DNA of 63,605 nucleotides, the filler included, from Olpidium bornovanus S191 (Eukaryota; Fungi; Olpidiomycota), in the NCBI GenBank assembly GCA_017911155.1. It is 30 parts of 30 records of this genome, joined end to end, with 100 filler letters (N's around TTAATTAATTAA, not from the genome) between each part and the next. Parts side by side here need not be neighbours in the genome. Positions count along the whole stretch, not along the records: positions 1 to 2,343 come from JAEFCI010009414.1; positions 2,444 to 4,335 come from JAEFCI010002421.1; positions 4,436 to 6,664 come from JAEFCI010002730.1; positions 6,765 to 8,609 come from JAEFCI010003185.1; positions 8,710 to 10,367 come from JAEFCI010013507.1; positions 10,468 to 12,503 come from JAEFCI010003566.1; 24 more parts are not named here. One strand, given 5' to 3'. The notes beneath the pieces were generated by a model that worked only from the letters and a program-made list of their open reading frames with translations, did no database searches and was not told the DNA's origin. Position 1 is the stretch's first letter, and each line of letters opens with the position of its first letter. Shown here piece by piece: positions 1 to 11,510 of this stretch. Position numbers and translations under genes: made by a program.

Positions 1-583
1 CATGCTTCATTCCGGTCCCAAAATGGTGGTGGGAAAAAAAACAGAGACGCGCGCGACACTTCGTTTGCTAGAATAAATATTACAATTGTTACTATTATAA
101 ATATTATAATTGCTTTCAATTACACAGTATCCCTTGTTGTTGCGAACTGGGTTTCCCTGGACACGCACACCCGCACACCCGCACGCACACACACACCCAC
201 ACGCACACTTGCTTCCCAATGGGCAGAGCTGTGCGAGGAGAGTTAAGGGGCATTCTGCAGGGTTTTGGCGGTGTCCCGTCGCCGCGTGACTTACCAATCC
301 GGCTTAGGAACAGCGAAAAAAAAAAACCAAAAAAAGGTGCAAGGAAAGAGAAACGAAACGAGAGAAAAGAAATGAGAGAAAAAAATATTTCCCGCAAAAG
401 GGAGCATCGTTTCGACAAGCCATTTGCATTTCTCCGTCTTTTTTTTTTTTTTTTTTTTCTTTCCCAGGCAAAAAAACAAACCACCTTTTCTCGTTTTACA
501 CGCACTCTACAATTTTTCTACGCCTCGCTCCGTCCAGCACGCAGCAGATGTTGTGCGATAAAAAGTTACGCACGCGGTATTAT

Positions 584-2340
584 CTAGTATTGCCCGTTGA
601 ATCCGGTGAAACCGCAGAGGAGGAATATATGGTAGTAAGGCTTCTTGTGAACCTGGATGTCTCGCAAAAGGGGGGGGGGGGGGGGGGGGAAGAAAAAGTC
701 CGCAGGCAGTTAGGCCAATCGTCTTCTAACCCCCCCCCCCCCAGTTTTGGATAGCAACGAAAGTCACAGTCTCACCAGTGAACACCAGTTCCAGCAGGAG
801 CTGCAGGAGGGACGAGGGAACAGATCAGCGTTTCACTCGCGGCCTTCGCCTCAGTAACAAAGCCCGCCCTCGGCAACCCACGTTAATCGACCATCGATGC
901 AGCTCCCGGCGTCGAAGCTGTTGTCTGCCCTGTAGGTCGGGGCCAGCGAACAAAAACAGATAATAAGCTTTTCGACAGTCGGAAAATCTGGAAATGACAC
1001 CCTTGATTTCTCTACCAAGAAAACCTTGCCCCACCCCTCCCTTTAGCACAAACACCCTTTTTTGCACAAAAACTGTACGCACCCGGATCCGTCGAAGGCA
1101 TAGCGGAAAAAGTCGGCCAAGATGCTCTTCCGCGCACATTCAGGCGACCGGTACTGCGCGTCAACAAGGGCCCGACACGCCGGGTTCTCGTAAATCTCGT
1201 CCAAACGCTCTATGATATTGCAGAGAGGGCCGAGGATGTACTGGACCTGCGTGTACTTGTCGATAAACATCAGAGCTGGCACGAGAAGGCACAGTCCCCA
1301 GGTTAGGCCCGCGTTACGAGGGAGAGCGAAGTCGCGCATATCCCCCGCCGTTGCGGAATGGATTTGCCGTACCATTTGGTACATTGCTGTCGCCGAGCTG
1401 CGATTTTCATTGAAAAACGAAATCGTCAGCAAGTCGCGAAACTGCACAACATCGAAGGTGCCCGGCGGGTCGACACTGCCGCGATGCCAAAAATTCCTCA
1501 CATGTATGACCGAGCTTCCGACCCAGTGCCCCGTTTTCTGCTGGACTCGGTGAAGGATGTTGTGCATGGCCCGCGACACTTTCGGACAGCTCTGCACACG
1601 GTTGATACCTTGCCCGGTGTCTCGCAATCGGTACTGGGAGAGGTCACAGTACGTCCAGAGAGTAATCAAACCACATATTAAACACAAGAAACATACCCCA
1701 TTCGGGTTAAGCAGATCAGCATCGGCGAACGCCCATAACATGAACATCTGTCGGATTACGGAATTGTCAGAAAGCGCAAACGGCACAGACGCACTTCAAC
1801 GAGACAAGGAACCTGAGCCTACGTCATGCAGAATCTCTCTCCAGAGATAAAGTGACTGCTGGCAATCTGTTTCCGGGGACCACTCCGGAATTGAGCAAAT
1901 GTTCTTGTTGCCAGCCAAACGCAATAACAGATGTTTTGGAAGAACGCTGCAAGTGACTCACAGTAAAACTGCGTCTCGTGCGAGTGCCTAAAGAATCGGA
2001 GCGTACGATTGGATCAGAGCTGCACATTTTAGGCATGCATCGCAGGGTCGTTGTGAGCCTGATGTAAGGGCAGAGGGGCACCCGCTCCAAAACACTCACG
2101 ACAACCGTGCGCCCCCTCGCCCGACCTGGATCGCCAGCGAAAAGCCGTCCTCGAACTTAGTCGGGTGGAAGTTCTGAGTTAGGTAACGCAGCATCCGGTC
2201 ACAGGGGTCGCTAAATGAACCGGAAGTTAAAACAGAGAGGTGGAAAAAGAGAAGAAAGAGAAGAAAAAAGAACAGAAAGATATACCGAAGAGGTCGGCGT
2301 CTTCAGCATATAATACTTAGAACATCATACCGGACCGGAC
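584..2340 (-). CDS. ScaA-like / fungal IQ-motif protein family, C-terminal part (multi-exon, 5'-truncated)
   Basis: Manual splicing on the minus strand gives in-phase GT-AG exons: ...GARLS..QSLYLWREILHD..YRLRDTGQGINRVQSCPKVSRAMHNILHRVQQKTGHWVGSSVIH | LGDSNVPN (1397-1373) | ALMFIDKYTQV...FFRYAFDGSG (1275-1083) | ADNSFDAGSCIDGRL (929-882) | TSCWNWCSL (800-776) | VHKKPYYHIFLLCGFTGFNGQY* (652-584). The motifs GSSVIHLGDxNVPNALMFIDKY and GSCIDGRLTSxWNWCS are recalled from the ScaA-like family. Gene structure is well supported; the family name is less certain. Confidence 0.65.
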
Positions 2341-2343
2341 ATG

Positions 2344-2443
2344 NNNNNNNNNNNNNNNNNNNNNNNNNNNNNNNNNNNNNNNNNNNNTTAATTAATTAAN
2401 NNNNNNNNNNNNNNNNNNNNNNNNNNNNNNNNNNNNNNNNNNN
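2344..2443. other. Artificial contig linker (44 N + TTAATTAATTAA + 44 N), first of 29
   Basis: Identical 100-nt spacer starts at 2344, 4336, 6665, 8610, 10368, 12504, 14390, 21351, 24409, 26008, 27916, 31052, 34625, 35972, 37162, 38438, 39613, 42147, 43538, 45000, 46517, 47722, 49082, 51288, 53583, 56262, 59352, 60660, 62208. The palindromic 12-mer places TAA stops in all six frames. Confidence 0.99.
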
Positions 2444-4335
2444 AAAGAGCTGGTGAAGAGCTCCGGATGTCTGGGCACCAGCTTCAACGGAACCGCCGAA
2501 CCGACGGAGGCAGTTTTTCCGGGAAAGCAGCACGACAAGGGCTTGCCCCGCATCGAAAGCGGTTCCCTCCCGAAGCTGGACCCAGTCGACGACGCGCTGC
2601 GGCTGGACGACGTAGGCGGCGGCTGCGCCGAACCGTCCTGGAAGCGCGACGGCCCATTTCATGATCTTCCGGACATAGTGGAAGCGCAGGTGGAATCCGT
2701 CGGAGACATCCTGGAAAACCTCCTGATGTACGCGATGAAATTCACGCAGGTCGGATCGGTGCGGTTTTCCGTGTCGTGCACGCAGCGAGTCGGCGATGTC
2801 TGCACCATACATGTGACTGTCAAGGTCCGCGCCAGGCAGCTTTATTTTTTTTTTTTTTTTTTTTGCACCTGAATTCCCGCTGATAACTCTCAAATCGCGT
2901 AGGACTCGTGCGATCGGTTTTCCGAAGACGAATTAAACAATATTTTCAAGTCCGTTCTTATTTTTTTTTCCAACGATTTACGCGAATTTGCCTGACGACG
3001 CACCTGGTTTCACTTGATGGCAGCCCGTTCGCTGAAAGCGACCGTTCAACAATCGGGAGGTTGCACGGCGGCACGTAAGCACTAATACCTGGTGATTGCG
3101 CACAATAACGGCGGCAGGAAGAAAATTTAAGCCCGTACTTGACTGCCGCGAACTTTTCGTTCCTACAAGCGGATTATGCCTGGCCATCGTCAAGAAGCTC
3201 GTTGAATTCATGGGCGGTACCATACAAGCGACGTCGCAAGCCGGCAGCGGTACCAGCGTCGCGGTTGACCTTCCAGTGCAACTTTGCGAAGCGGACGATA
3301 GTGACGTGCCATCGTCTGTCAACTACACGAGGTGCAAGCAACTGTGCCTTCCGGATGAATGCCTGTCGCGGCAGAGCTCGTCGAGCCAAGCCGCGAAATC
3401 GCAACGCGCTCCGCAAGCGGGCGACGGCGACGCGCAGCAATCGGCCGCCAACGTAGACATCCGGCGCCAGTCGTCCCTTCTTTCGATCGAGTGCTTGTCG
3501 TGGGACAGCTCGTCCAGCCCAGCCGCCAAACCGCTGCATTGTGGGGATCCGATTGTCCGGCGGCGGAAATCCTCGCAGTCTTCCCTGTGCGCGGGGCCGC
3601 GGTCTCTGCGGCATTCATCTGTCTCTCCGTCCAACACGCGGCTGTCGAGCGAGCTTTCCACTGGCGCCTCGGTCGGGTCGGTGACTCCTCCGCGAGCTGC
3701 TCCTAACGGAACGACTGCGACGATGACGACGGCTCCGCAAGCGCCCGCCGAGCCCGGAGTGAGCCAAGAAACGTCGGCAAGCTCGCCCGGGTTTCTGCCG
3801 CCAGACGCGCGCGCCGCTTTCTTATGGCCGGCGACGGGAAGCCCGCCGGCGGCCGTTAAGAGCACGCAGGTGATTGACTTTATTCCACGTCCCCCCCTTC
3901 CTGCGCTCCCCGCTCGTCGAGCGTTTTGGCTTTTCACATTCGGGGCGCGCGCGGAAACGACCTGAGACCAAACTCCCAAGACTTTTTCACAGGAGAATCC
4001 CGGGGCCGGTCCGAGGACGACGGCGGCGGCGAGCTCTTCGCCCGCGAGCCAGCCTCGCGTTCTCGTCGTGGACGACAACCAGATAATTCAGCGCCTCCAG
4101 TGCAAACAATTAAGAAAAATCGGGTACCTGGGTACGGTCCCCCCGCGTTCTCAAACACCGAACAGGTGGAACCCAGCGTTGGGAAGAGGGGGCCGTCCCG
4201 ATGCGACTTACCCGCCCTTTCCGCACACGATCGCAGTCGACGTCGCCGACAACGGGGCGCAAGCCATTGAGTTGGTCCAAACTGCGCGCGGGGGCGGCCG
4301 CCTTTATGATGCTATCCTTATGGACCTGAACATGC
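2444..4335 (+). CDS. Hybrid sensor histidine kinase-like protein (HATPase_c + receiver domain), partial, with degenerate ATP-binding boxes
   Basis: In-phase exons about 2444-2824, 2903-2949, 3024-3074, 3170-3869, 3992-~4133, ~4238-4335: ILENLLMYAMKFTQVGSVRFSV..VK | DSCDRFSEDELNNIFN | PFAESDRSTIGRLHGGT | GLCLAIVKKLVEFMGGTIQATSQAGSGTSVAVDLP. Receiver: RVLVVDDNQIIQRLQCKQLRKIGY | VDVADNGAQAIELV...YDAILMDLNM. Confidence 0.9.
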
Positions 4336-4442
4336 NNNNNNNNNNNNNNNNNNNNNNNNNNNNNNNNNNNNNNNNNNNNTTAATTAATTAANNNNNNNNN
4401 NNNNNNNNNNNNNNNNNNNNNNNNNNNNNNNNNNNCATGACG

Positions 4443-4650
4443 GCAGCATTTCTAATTACAATCTGTAAGTTTCAAACAAAAATACTCTGTATGAGGCGAG
4501 AGGAGGAATGCCGGCTGGGTGCGGCTGTACGTTATCTACTCCAGTGACAGCATTTCTAATTACGGTCTCTACGTTTCAAAAAAAAATACTCTGTGTGAGG
4601 CGATAGGAAGAATGCCGGCCGGGTGCGGATGTACGTTAAATACTCCAGTG
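4443..4650. repeat. Tandem duplication, 2 x 104 bp, overlapping the stop codon of the adjacent secreted protein
   Basis: 4443-4546 and 4547-4650 align without gaps: cagcatttctaattac...aatactctgt.tgaggcga.agga.gaatgccggc.gggtgcgg.tgtacgtta..tactccagtg. Confidence 0.85.
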
Positions 4651-6018
4651 GTACTTGTTTCTCACCCACTTGCAAAAGTGGGTTTCTCCGTCCGCTGAAT
4701 TTTGGCAGCCGGCGGCCCGATCATGCACAAAGGGAAACGTCGTGCTCGTCGCCCTGGAATGCTCCATGTTTTCGCTCGCAGGTGCGGCGGAGGAAATCCG
4801 CGAGTCCGCAGGGCGGGCGGTGGCAGTAGCAGATGGAGACGTCGAGAGGGCAGCATCAGCCGCCGCTTCCGCCGCCAACCGCGTCCAATCTATCATAGCC
4901 TCCGCCTTCAAACGGTTGTAGCAGCGTGCGGCACAAATCCTAAAGGCTTCCTGCGGAAAGTCGAAGGAGTGCGACGGCGCGACGTCTGTTAAATCTTGGA
5001 GGAAGTCCCAATATATGGCATCATAACTGCACGGGCCGGAACAGAAGGGATCCCGGAAGTGGTCTTCTGGTACGGAAAATCTTGGGGACCCGCCGAAGTC
5101 AAACCGTTCCAGATTGCGCAGCGCAAAAGGCTCGGACTCGGCCGCCGGGAGGATCGCCTCCAACTCTGTTTTTGCGGCAGACTTCGTCAAACGGCTGTGG
5201 CGACGGTCGAAGCAAATCTTGTACGGATCCCACGCCGAGTCCATGCGGCCCGTTTCGGCGTTCTCTCGAACCTCAAAAAATTTGTAGCGCGGGTAGAGGA
5301 CCTCGAAGCCGCACGGGCTGGAGCAGAGGAACTCGTCGTTGGCTTCGTTGTTCTGCGGTGCAAAAGAGCCGGTGGCCTCGCGGAAGTCGGAGTAGCAGAG
5401 GCGGCCGGTGTCAGGGTTTTTGGAGCAAGTGGCAGCAACTTGTTTGATAACGTAGGCATTGAAGGACTTGCCAACGCCGGTGAGGTCGCAGTGCTTGGAG
5501 AGCTCGCCAAGAACGAAAACGTGGTAGGCGTGGCATTTGCCGCTACAGTACTTGTTGAAGTCCTCCTCGTCGTCAGCTGCGCCAGCTAGGACCCCAAAGT
5601 CGGAGCAGTCCTCGATGAATGACGCTTCGAGTATTGCAACCGTCGCCTGGCACTCTTCGATGTTGTCGTCGGTTAAAAAGCGGATCGGGGTGGGGCCTGG
5701 GGCGTACTCGTAGAAGCCACCAGGGACGTCAGAACCTGGACAGCCGTCATCAGAGCAGGGCTGTTCGAGAAGTCCCATCATTTCGCTCGACTCCCCGCGC
5801 GTGTCCGCGGCCGGGGAGTGGAACTGGGCGTGGCCGCCGACCGGCTTTGCGGCATCGCCGCCTAATCCCGCGACGCGACCATCTGATTCCGCGGCCGGCG
5901 CAGGCTTCTGGCGCACCAGGTCGCTGCCGGACGTCGGGACAGGCGCGGCGGCGACGGTTGACCGGTAGGACGCGAGACCGGCAAAGGCGAAGGCCGCCAC
6001 GACAAGAGCGGGCTTCAT
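4636..6018 (-). CDS. Orphan cysteine-rich secreted protein (about 460 aa), apparently intronless
   Basis: ATG at 6018 gives a signal-peptide-like start MKPALVVAAFAFAGLASYRSTVAAAPVPT. Long open frame to TAA at 4636, about 18 Cys, repeated C-S-x-x-C motifs. Confidence 0.75.
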   Translation of the reverse strand: MKPALVVAAFAFAGLASYRSTVAAAPVPTSGSDLVRQKPAPAAESDGRVAGLGGDAAKPVGGHAQFHSPAADTRGESSEMMGLLEQPCSDDGCPGSDVPGGFYEYAPGPTPIRFLTDDNIEECQATVAILEASFIEDCSDFGVLAGAADDEEDFNKYCSGKCHAYHVFVLGELSKHCDLTGVGKSFNAYVIKQVAATCSKNPDTGRLCYSDFREATGSFAPQNNEANDEFLCSSPCGFEVLYPRYKFFEVRENAETGRMDSAWDPYKICFDRRHSRLTKSAAKTELEAILPAAESEPFALRNLERFDFGGSPRFSVPEDHFRDPFCSGPCSYDAIYWDFLQDLTDVAPSHSFDFPQEAFRICAARCYNRLKAEAMIDWTRLAAEAAADAALSTSPSATATARPADSRISSAAPASENMEHSRATSTTFPFVHDRAAGCQNSADGETHFCKWVRNKYHWSI

Positions 6019-9000
6019 CGTTGTGACGCCCGAACCGGGCCCATTAGATTGGCGAAACCGGCAGGAGCGCGTCTTTATCGACAGGGCTGGCCCCATCGCC
6101 CACCGCGGCACGCGGACATCCTCGGAAGGTGGGGGGGGGAGGAGCTCGCGAGGGGGGCGGGGCGGGTGGAAAAGGGGGGCTGAAGAAGAGAAAAAAAGGG
6201 GAAATCTTGCCCTCGGCAAATGCCCGCGTTTAACCATAATCGGGGTCGCATGACCCGGCCGCCCTCTCACGAGGGGGCGAAAGGGGGGGGGGGGGGGGGG
6301 GAAACGCGGGGGGGGGGGGGGGGGGAAGCGCGGGGGGGGGGGGGGGGGGGAAGAACGGGAGGGGGGGAAGCCGGGCGGGGAGAGCGTTTGCTCTCGGAAT
6401 ACAAACGATCGGCGAAACTGCAGCAGATGCCAGGGGAGATCTATACCGGGGACTGCCAACTTCGGGAGAGTTTAGGTTTCGGGATTGCGAGCCGACTTTT
6501 TTTGGGGGGTTTCTTGCCCACCGTCGAACGTCATCCGACTGGTACATGAGAACATCAACCGGGACCGGCACGCCCTGCCAGCGTTCCGCGACCGTGAACG
6601 CGGGAGAATCAGGAGTGACTTCCTTAACTAGCCACATTGGAATTGCACGGGACTCAGCTGGCGGNNNNNNNNNNNNNNNNNNNNNNNNNNNNNNNNNNNN
6701 NNNNNNNNTTAATTAATTAANNNNNNNNNNNNNNNNNNNNNNNNNNNNNNNNNNNNNNNNNNNNACCCGGCCAGGAGTATACTTCCAGCAGAGTAATCCG
6801 CTGGTCCCTAAATCCGAATTTATACAGGACGAAGCCGAGAAGTTATTTCCCGGGTACCGGACGATCAAACCGTATCTTCGCATGACGAAGCTGACGTGAA
6901 CTGCGCCATTGAAGCGGCCCAAACCGCATTCCTTTCGTGAAGTTTAAGAAAGCTCCGCCGGAACGTCGCCGCCGGTTGTCAGCAGGTACACAAACAGTCG
7001 GCAAAACATCATCGTCTTTTGCATCTCTCCTTTTATTTGTTTTTGCTCGGCGTCGTGCACGATGAACGCGAAGTTTGCCGGAGAGCGGGACAGTTAAAAA
7101 TTCTGCCGCGGGGGGTGGCGCCGCCTTTCGCTTTTTGCGCAATTGCAAAAAAAAAAAAAAAAAAAAAAAAAAAACATAGCGCCGAATTGTCGTTAGTTTT
7201 TGCACCCAGGGCAACGGAATATCATTCCGTTGCCCGACGGCGGAAGGGACCGGGCACATCCTGCAACAGAGGAGCTGAGGATTAGCCGCGCTAATGGGGC
7301 AAAACTTGGGGTGGGGGTGGAGGGGGAGGATCCAAATCCAATGTTTCTCCCACCTTTTGGCGCGAAGAGAGAGGCTGAACCTTTCGGAGTTGACAGGTGA
7401 CGGATGCTCGGATTTGTTCTCCTTCCCCCTTTTCCCCCATCGCCGTCCCTTCCAACGAATTTACAAAGGCGGCCCCGTGCGGCCCCCATAATATGCGCGC
7501 ACCCCATGTTTTGCAGATGACAACGACCGACTCTTCCGGTAAGCTTGACCTTCAGTTCAGTTCGACGCGGTTTTTGTTCGATTTGGCCGGGCAAGGAGGA
7601 GGGAGGAGAGGGCAAAATCAGGTCTTGGGCTCGAGAGCAAGTTGGGATTCGACGGGAAACGCTTGCAAAAAAAAAAAAAAAAAAAATTTGCGGGAACTGG
7701 GATGACGCCTCTCAACGGGGCGCGTCGGGGGCACACCCCCTGCAAGGGGCGGCTGATAAGAAACAGAACGAAATTTTCCTTTTTCCGGCCACTTTGCCGG
7801 GCGCATGGTACACAAACGCTGGAGAACAGCAGGGATATGACCCTGGAATCCAATCGTTCCTTTTTATGCCATCTTAGCATATGCCACCGTGGAGCACAAG
7901 GATACTGGCATTCGAGCAGACAGCCAATAAAAGAAACCCCGCTGTCAAGGAGCGTAACAGCATGACTGCCGGAGGTCCGTGTCGCCGTTGAGCAGGTGCT
8001 TTGCATCTTCAAGTGTTACCGGCACATGTTTTCCTCGCTCCCCTTCTCCTTCTGAAACATCGAGATGTGACGGCGAAATTGTAGAGTACGCTGCACATAC
8101 GTAAATTCCTCCATCGGGTCCGCGTGACCCGTACGACAGGGTGAGAAAAGTTGCAGACTGAGGAAGGGGTTATGGAGCATGCCGTCCTCGGCCCGGCCCA
8201 TTGAGGATGACTGGGATGCCGCGGTTCAAACCTGCGGGAGACGCTAGATCCAGCCGAAAATCTGTAGCTGCCGGGGCTCGAGTTGAACCGCAGATCACCA
8301 GGGGGGGGCGAAACTTCTGCATGTAATGCAGAGATTTTTCAGATAGACGACAAGATTGTGGGCCACGCAAAAGGAGGAGCACCCTGTCGTGGGGAGTGCG
8401 GCGGCAAGCAGGGTGCTTAACCACCCCGGCCTGACCGCACGCCCGCAAGGGTTTTCCCCGTTTCCCGCAATTGCGTTTAACCCCCCCCTTCCCTCCTCCT
8501 CCTCCGCATTGGACGGAGAGATCACGCCGGGACCTCGAGTCACGTGACGCGCGGAATGCACGCGGAGGTGGTGGGGGGGGTGTTGGGGGAACAAACGCAC
8601 CCGACATGCNNNNNNNNNNNNNNNNNNNNNNNNNNNNNNNNNNNNNNNNNNNNTTAATTAATTAANNNNNNNNNNNNNNNNNNNNNNNNNNNNNNNNNNN
8701 NNNNNNNNNCATGAACCTGGAATTGCGGTCATAAAGTTCGCAGGCGGCCGTCGCAAACGAACCACGCAAAACTTGAGCCAGGGAAAGAAGCCATCGGGCC
8801 GGGTGGCGTACGCGAAAAGGGAAATACTCACTGGCGGCAGAGGCCGCACGGGGAAACTAGAGACTCCACGTCGGTGGAGACGCTGTAGGGCGAAATGCAA
8901 AACGAAAAAAAAAACATTTGTATTTAAACTGGAGGACGGCAGAACACATCGAACCAAGAGACCAAACTGCTTACGCAATGGCGAGGAATGACCGCTCGCC

Positions 9001-10487
9001 CTCGGACTTGTGATAGCGTTAAGAACTGCGTTTGAGTTGGCGTCCGGAAGGAAAGACAACGAAAACTCAATAAAAGATGTAAATCTTCCCTACCACAGCC
9101 TTTACGAAAGCCGTGCGCTCGGCGCAGATTGTCCCGCCTGGTATAATGGGTTTTGTCAGCTTCACGCAAGCAAACAGCAGGCCTGCGCATCAAGCCGATC
9201 ACGCTGAACTCCGCACCATATGACGCGTTCTCCACGTTGCAGCCTGGCGCACGGCACACGTACCCGAGAAAGGGAGCGGAAGCGAAACGGTTTTTGAGTC
9301 GCCGGGCGCGCGGATCCCACCGGACGCACGGTTCGCAAAAAGAACTTTCAAACCGACCGGAGTATGTCTTGCCACTTACTCCGAGTAAGGCGGCTCCAAC
9401 GTGGAACTTCGAGTATGGCGCATACGACGTCTTGCGTGCTAGTTAAAGATACGTTCGCAGACGTCGTCGGATAAAACACACCTACTCGCTTGGAAGGTGC
9501 CTCGCACCGGCGAGGCCTAACAGCTGCTGTGCGTGCGCCTTCTCGTTGGGAAGGTAGCACCCTTCACGCAAAACGCTCATGCATACGAAAAGTTTCGCCG
9601 AACGAGGGCTGAAACACTGACAACACCCTGCCGCAGAGTGCAGCGACCATAATCGCAAGTCGATTCAACGGCTTTGGCCGCCGCCAAAGACCGAGCGGCA
9701 TCCTGCGCTCGTGACCCCTCCCGGCTGCAAGAAGACCGACTTCTCAAACTTCTTTCCATTTACGCGCGCACTTCACACCTTCCAACGACGCGTCAAGGAG
9801 AGCGCCCAGTTCCTGTTGGTTTAGTTCCCTCGGCGGCGCCATCGCCTCAAAGTTTTGAAGTTTGAAGTTTCTCTTGTCGTCCCCTTGGCGTTCGCCGTGA
9901 TGGGGAAGGCTTTCTTTCTCTGCAGACAGGCTGGTTTCGTTTTGTGTCCGCTCCCCGGCCGAGCCTTCAGGGGGAAGGCAGGGCACTGCAAGGCCGGTGG
10001 AAAGGACTCCCTGCCCGTGCCGCCGTGCCGTCGCGGGAGACTCCCGACCCAAAAGCCGCACACTCTGCTGCATACGCAGAGCGTCGGCACGTTGTGCGCC
10101 GCGGAATCGCGGGATCACCTCCTCCTTACGCTTTTCGGGTACGACGCCTCCTCACGCTACCCCCTCCCTAGTGTTTGCTAGTCAAACGCCCTCGTCGCAA
10201 AACAACAGATCCCTGTCCGTCTCCGACGCTGCGCGCTTTCGGCGAACAGTCGATGTATTCGTAGCCGCGGTAGCCGGCGAAAGCGCAATATGCGGCTATC
10301 GCAGGTTGGTGAAACGTGTGCACGAGTTTGGTTTTGTACAGGAGAGCCTTCCTGGGGCGCGCCCATGNNNNNNNNNNNNNNNNNNNNNNNNNNNNNNNNN
10401 NNNNNNNNNNNTTAATTAATTAANNNNNNNNNNNNNNNNNNNNNNNNNNNNNNNNNNNNNNNNNNNNAAAAAAAATTTTTTCTCCCC

Positions 10488-10547
<60 letters not shown>

Positions 10548-10685
10548 AAAACAGAGCCACGACGCGTTTCGCACCTGTCCGTTTTTTTTTCGAGAATCCA
10601 AATCTCGAAATACGCAAGTGCCTTGTTAACACCCTAACGGATAGCGGCAAAACGCCTCAGTAGTCCGAACAGAGTAATGACCTAC

Positions 10686-11510
10686 CCTTATGTTTCCTAT
10701 GCCACCTGCAATAAGCTCGTCCGTGTCTTCGGCAAATTCCAAGCTGAGGACCGGGTAAGCAAGCGGGCTTTCCGCCCCGAGCTCGAGCATTTGTCTGCCC
10801 CCCCCGCCCTTCTTTCCCGTTTATCCTACCTCAGGACGGGCTTGCCGCTCCCGACAGACGAGAGCTCTTCCATGTTCGCGTCAAGGACCATTAGCGACAG
10901 CTGCATCGTCGCCACGATGAAGACGTTGTGCTTTTTGACGTAGATCCATTTGGAAACGCCCTGGACGACGCTGGGCCCGGCCGCCGCCGCCGCCCTGGGC
11001 CGCGCCGGGGAGTCGCCCGCGGCGTGGCTCTGGGTCACGGTGATGTTGAGCTTTTTGACGCGGGTCGCCCCGCGCCAGATGTGCACGTTGTGGGTGTCGA
11101 GGGATACGACCGTGTTGAGGCTCGGGCGGCTTGGGTGCGGCACGAACATGGCCGATTTGAGCGTCGGCCGCGCGTGCGGGAGCGTGCGGACCAGCTGGAA
11201 GCCGTAGGGTATCGTGATCGGCAGCACCGTCCCCCGCGACCGCTTTCCCTGTTCCCCCGCGTCGCCCGCCGGGGCCGCCGGCGCCTCTCGCGACGCCGGC
11301 GACGGCGGCTGCTCGCCGCCCTCCTCCGATCCCTCCTCGTCGCTTTCCCCGACGACCGTCCGCCCCTCAGACGCTTCCGGCGCCGCATTCAAAACTTCGT
11401 GCACAACACCCGCCGCCTCCGCCGCGTTCCGCCCAAAGCTTCTCGAGCTCAGTATGTCCCTGATCGCGGCCTTTGCCGTCCGCCATGGCTGGATGGGCGG
11501 CGCTGAGTCA
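10686..11510 (-). CDS. WD40-repeat protein, WDR97/WDR87-like, N-terminal part
   Basis: ITIPYGFQLVRTLPHARPTLKSAMFV...VSLDTHNVHIWRG...VSKWIYVKKHNVFIVATMQLSLMVLDANMEELSSVGSGKPVL (to 10830) splices in phase to SLEFAEDTDELIAGGIGNIR (10743-10686). Resembles WDR97-like proteins of flagellated fungi as recalled; start codon not fixed. Confidence 0.6.

Noticed and set aside
2388-2399. Regularly recurring TTAATTAATTAA as a CRISPR-like repeat or piggyBac TTAA site
   Set aside because: It is always centred in 44+44 N and is a six-frame-stop spacer added computationally.
6765-10367. Possible exons in contigs 4 and 5 (e.g. SNPLVPKSEFIQDEAEKLF; PRKALLYKTKLVHTFHQPAIAAY)
   Set aside because: Protein-like, but no recognisable motif and no consistent exon chain could be built by eye.
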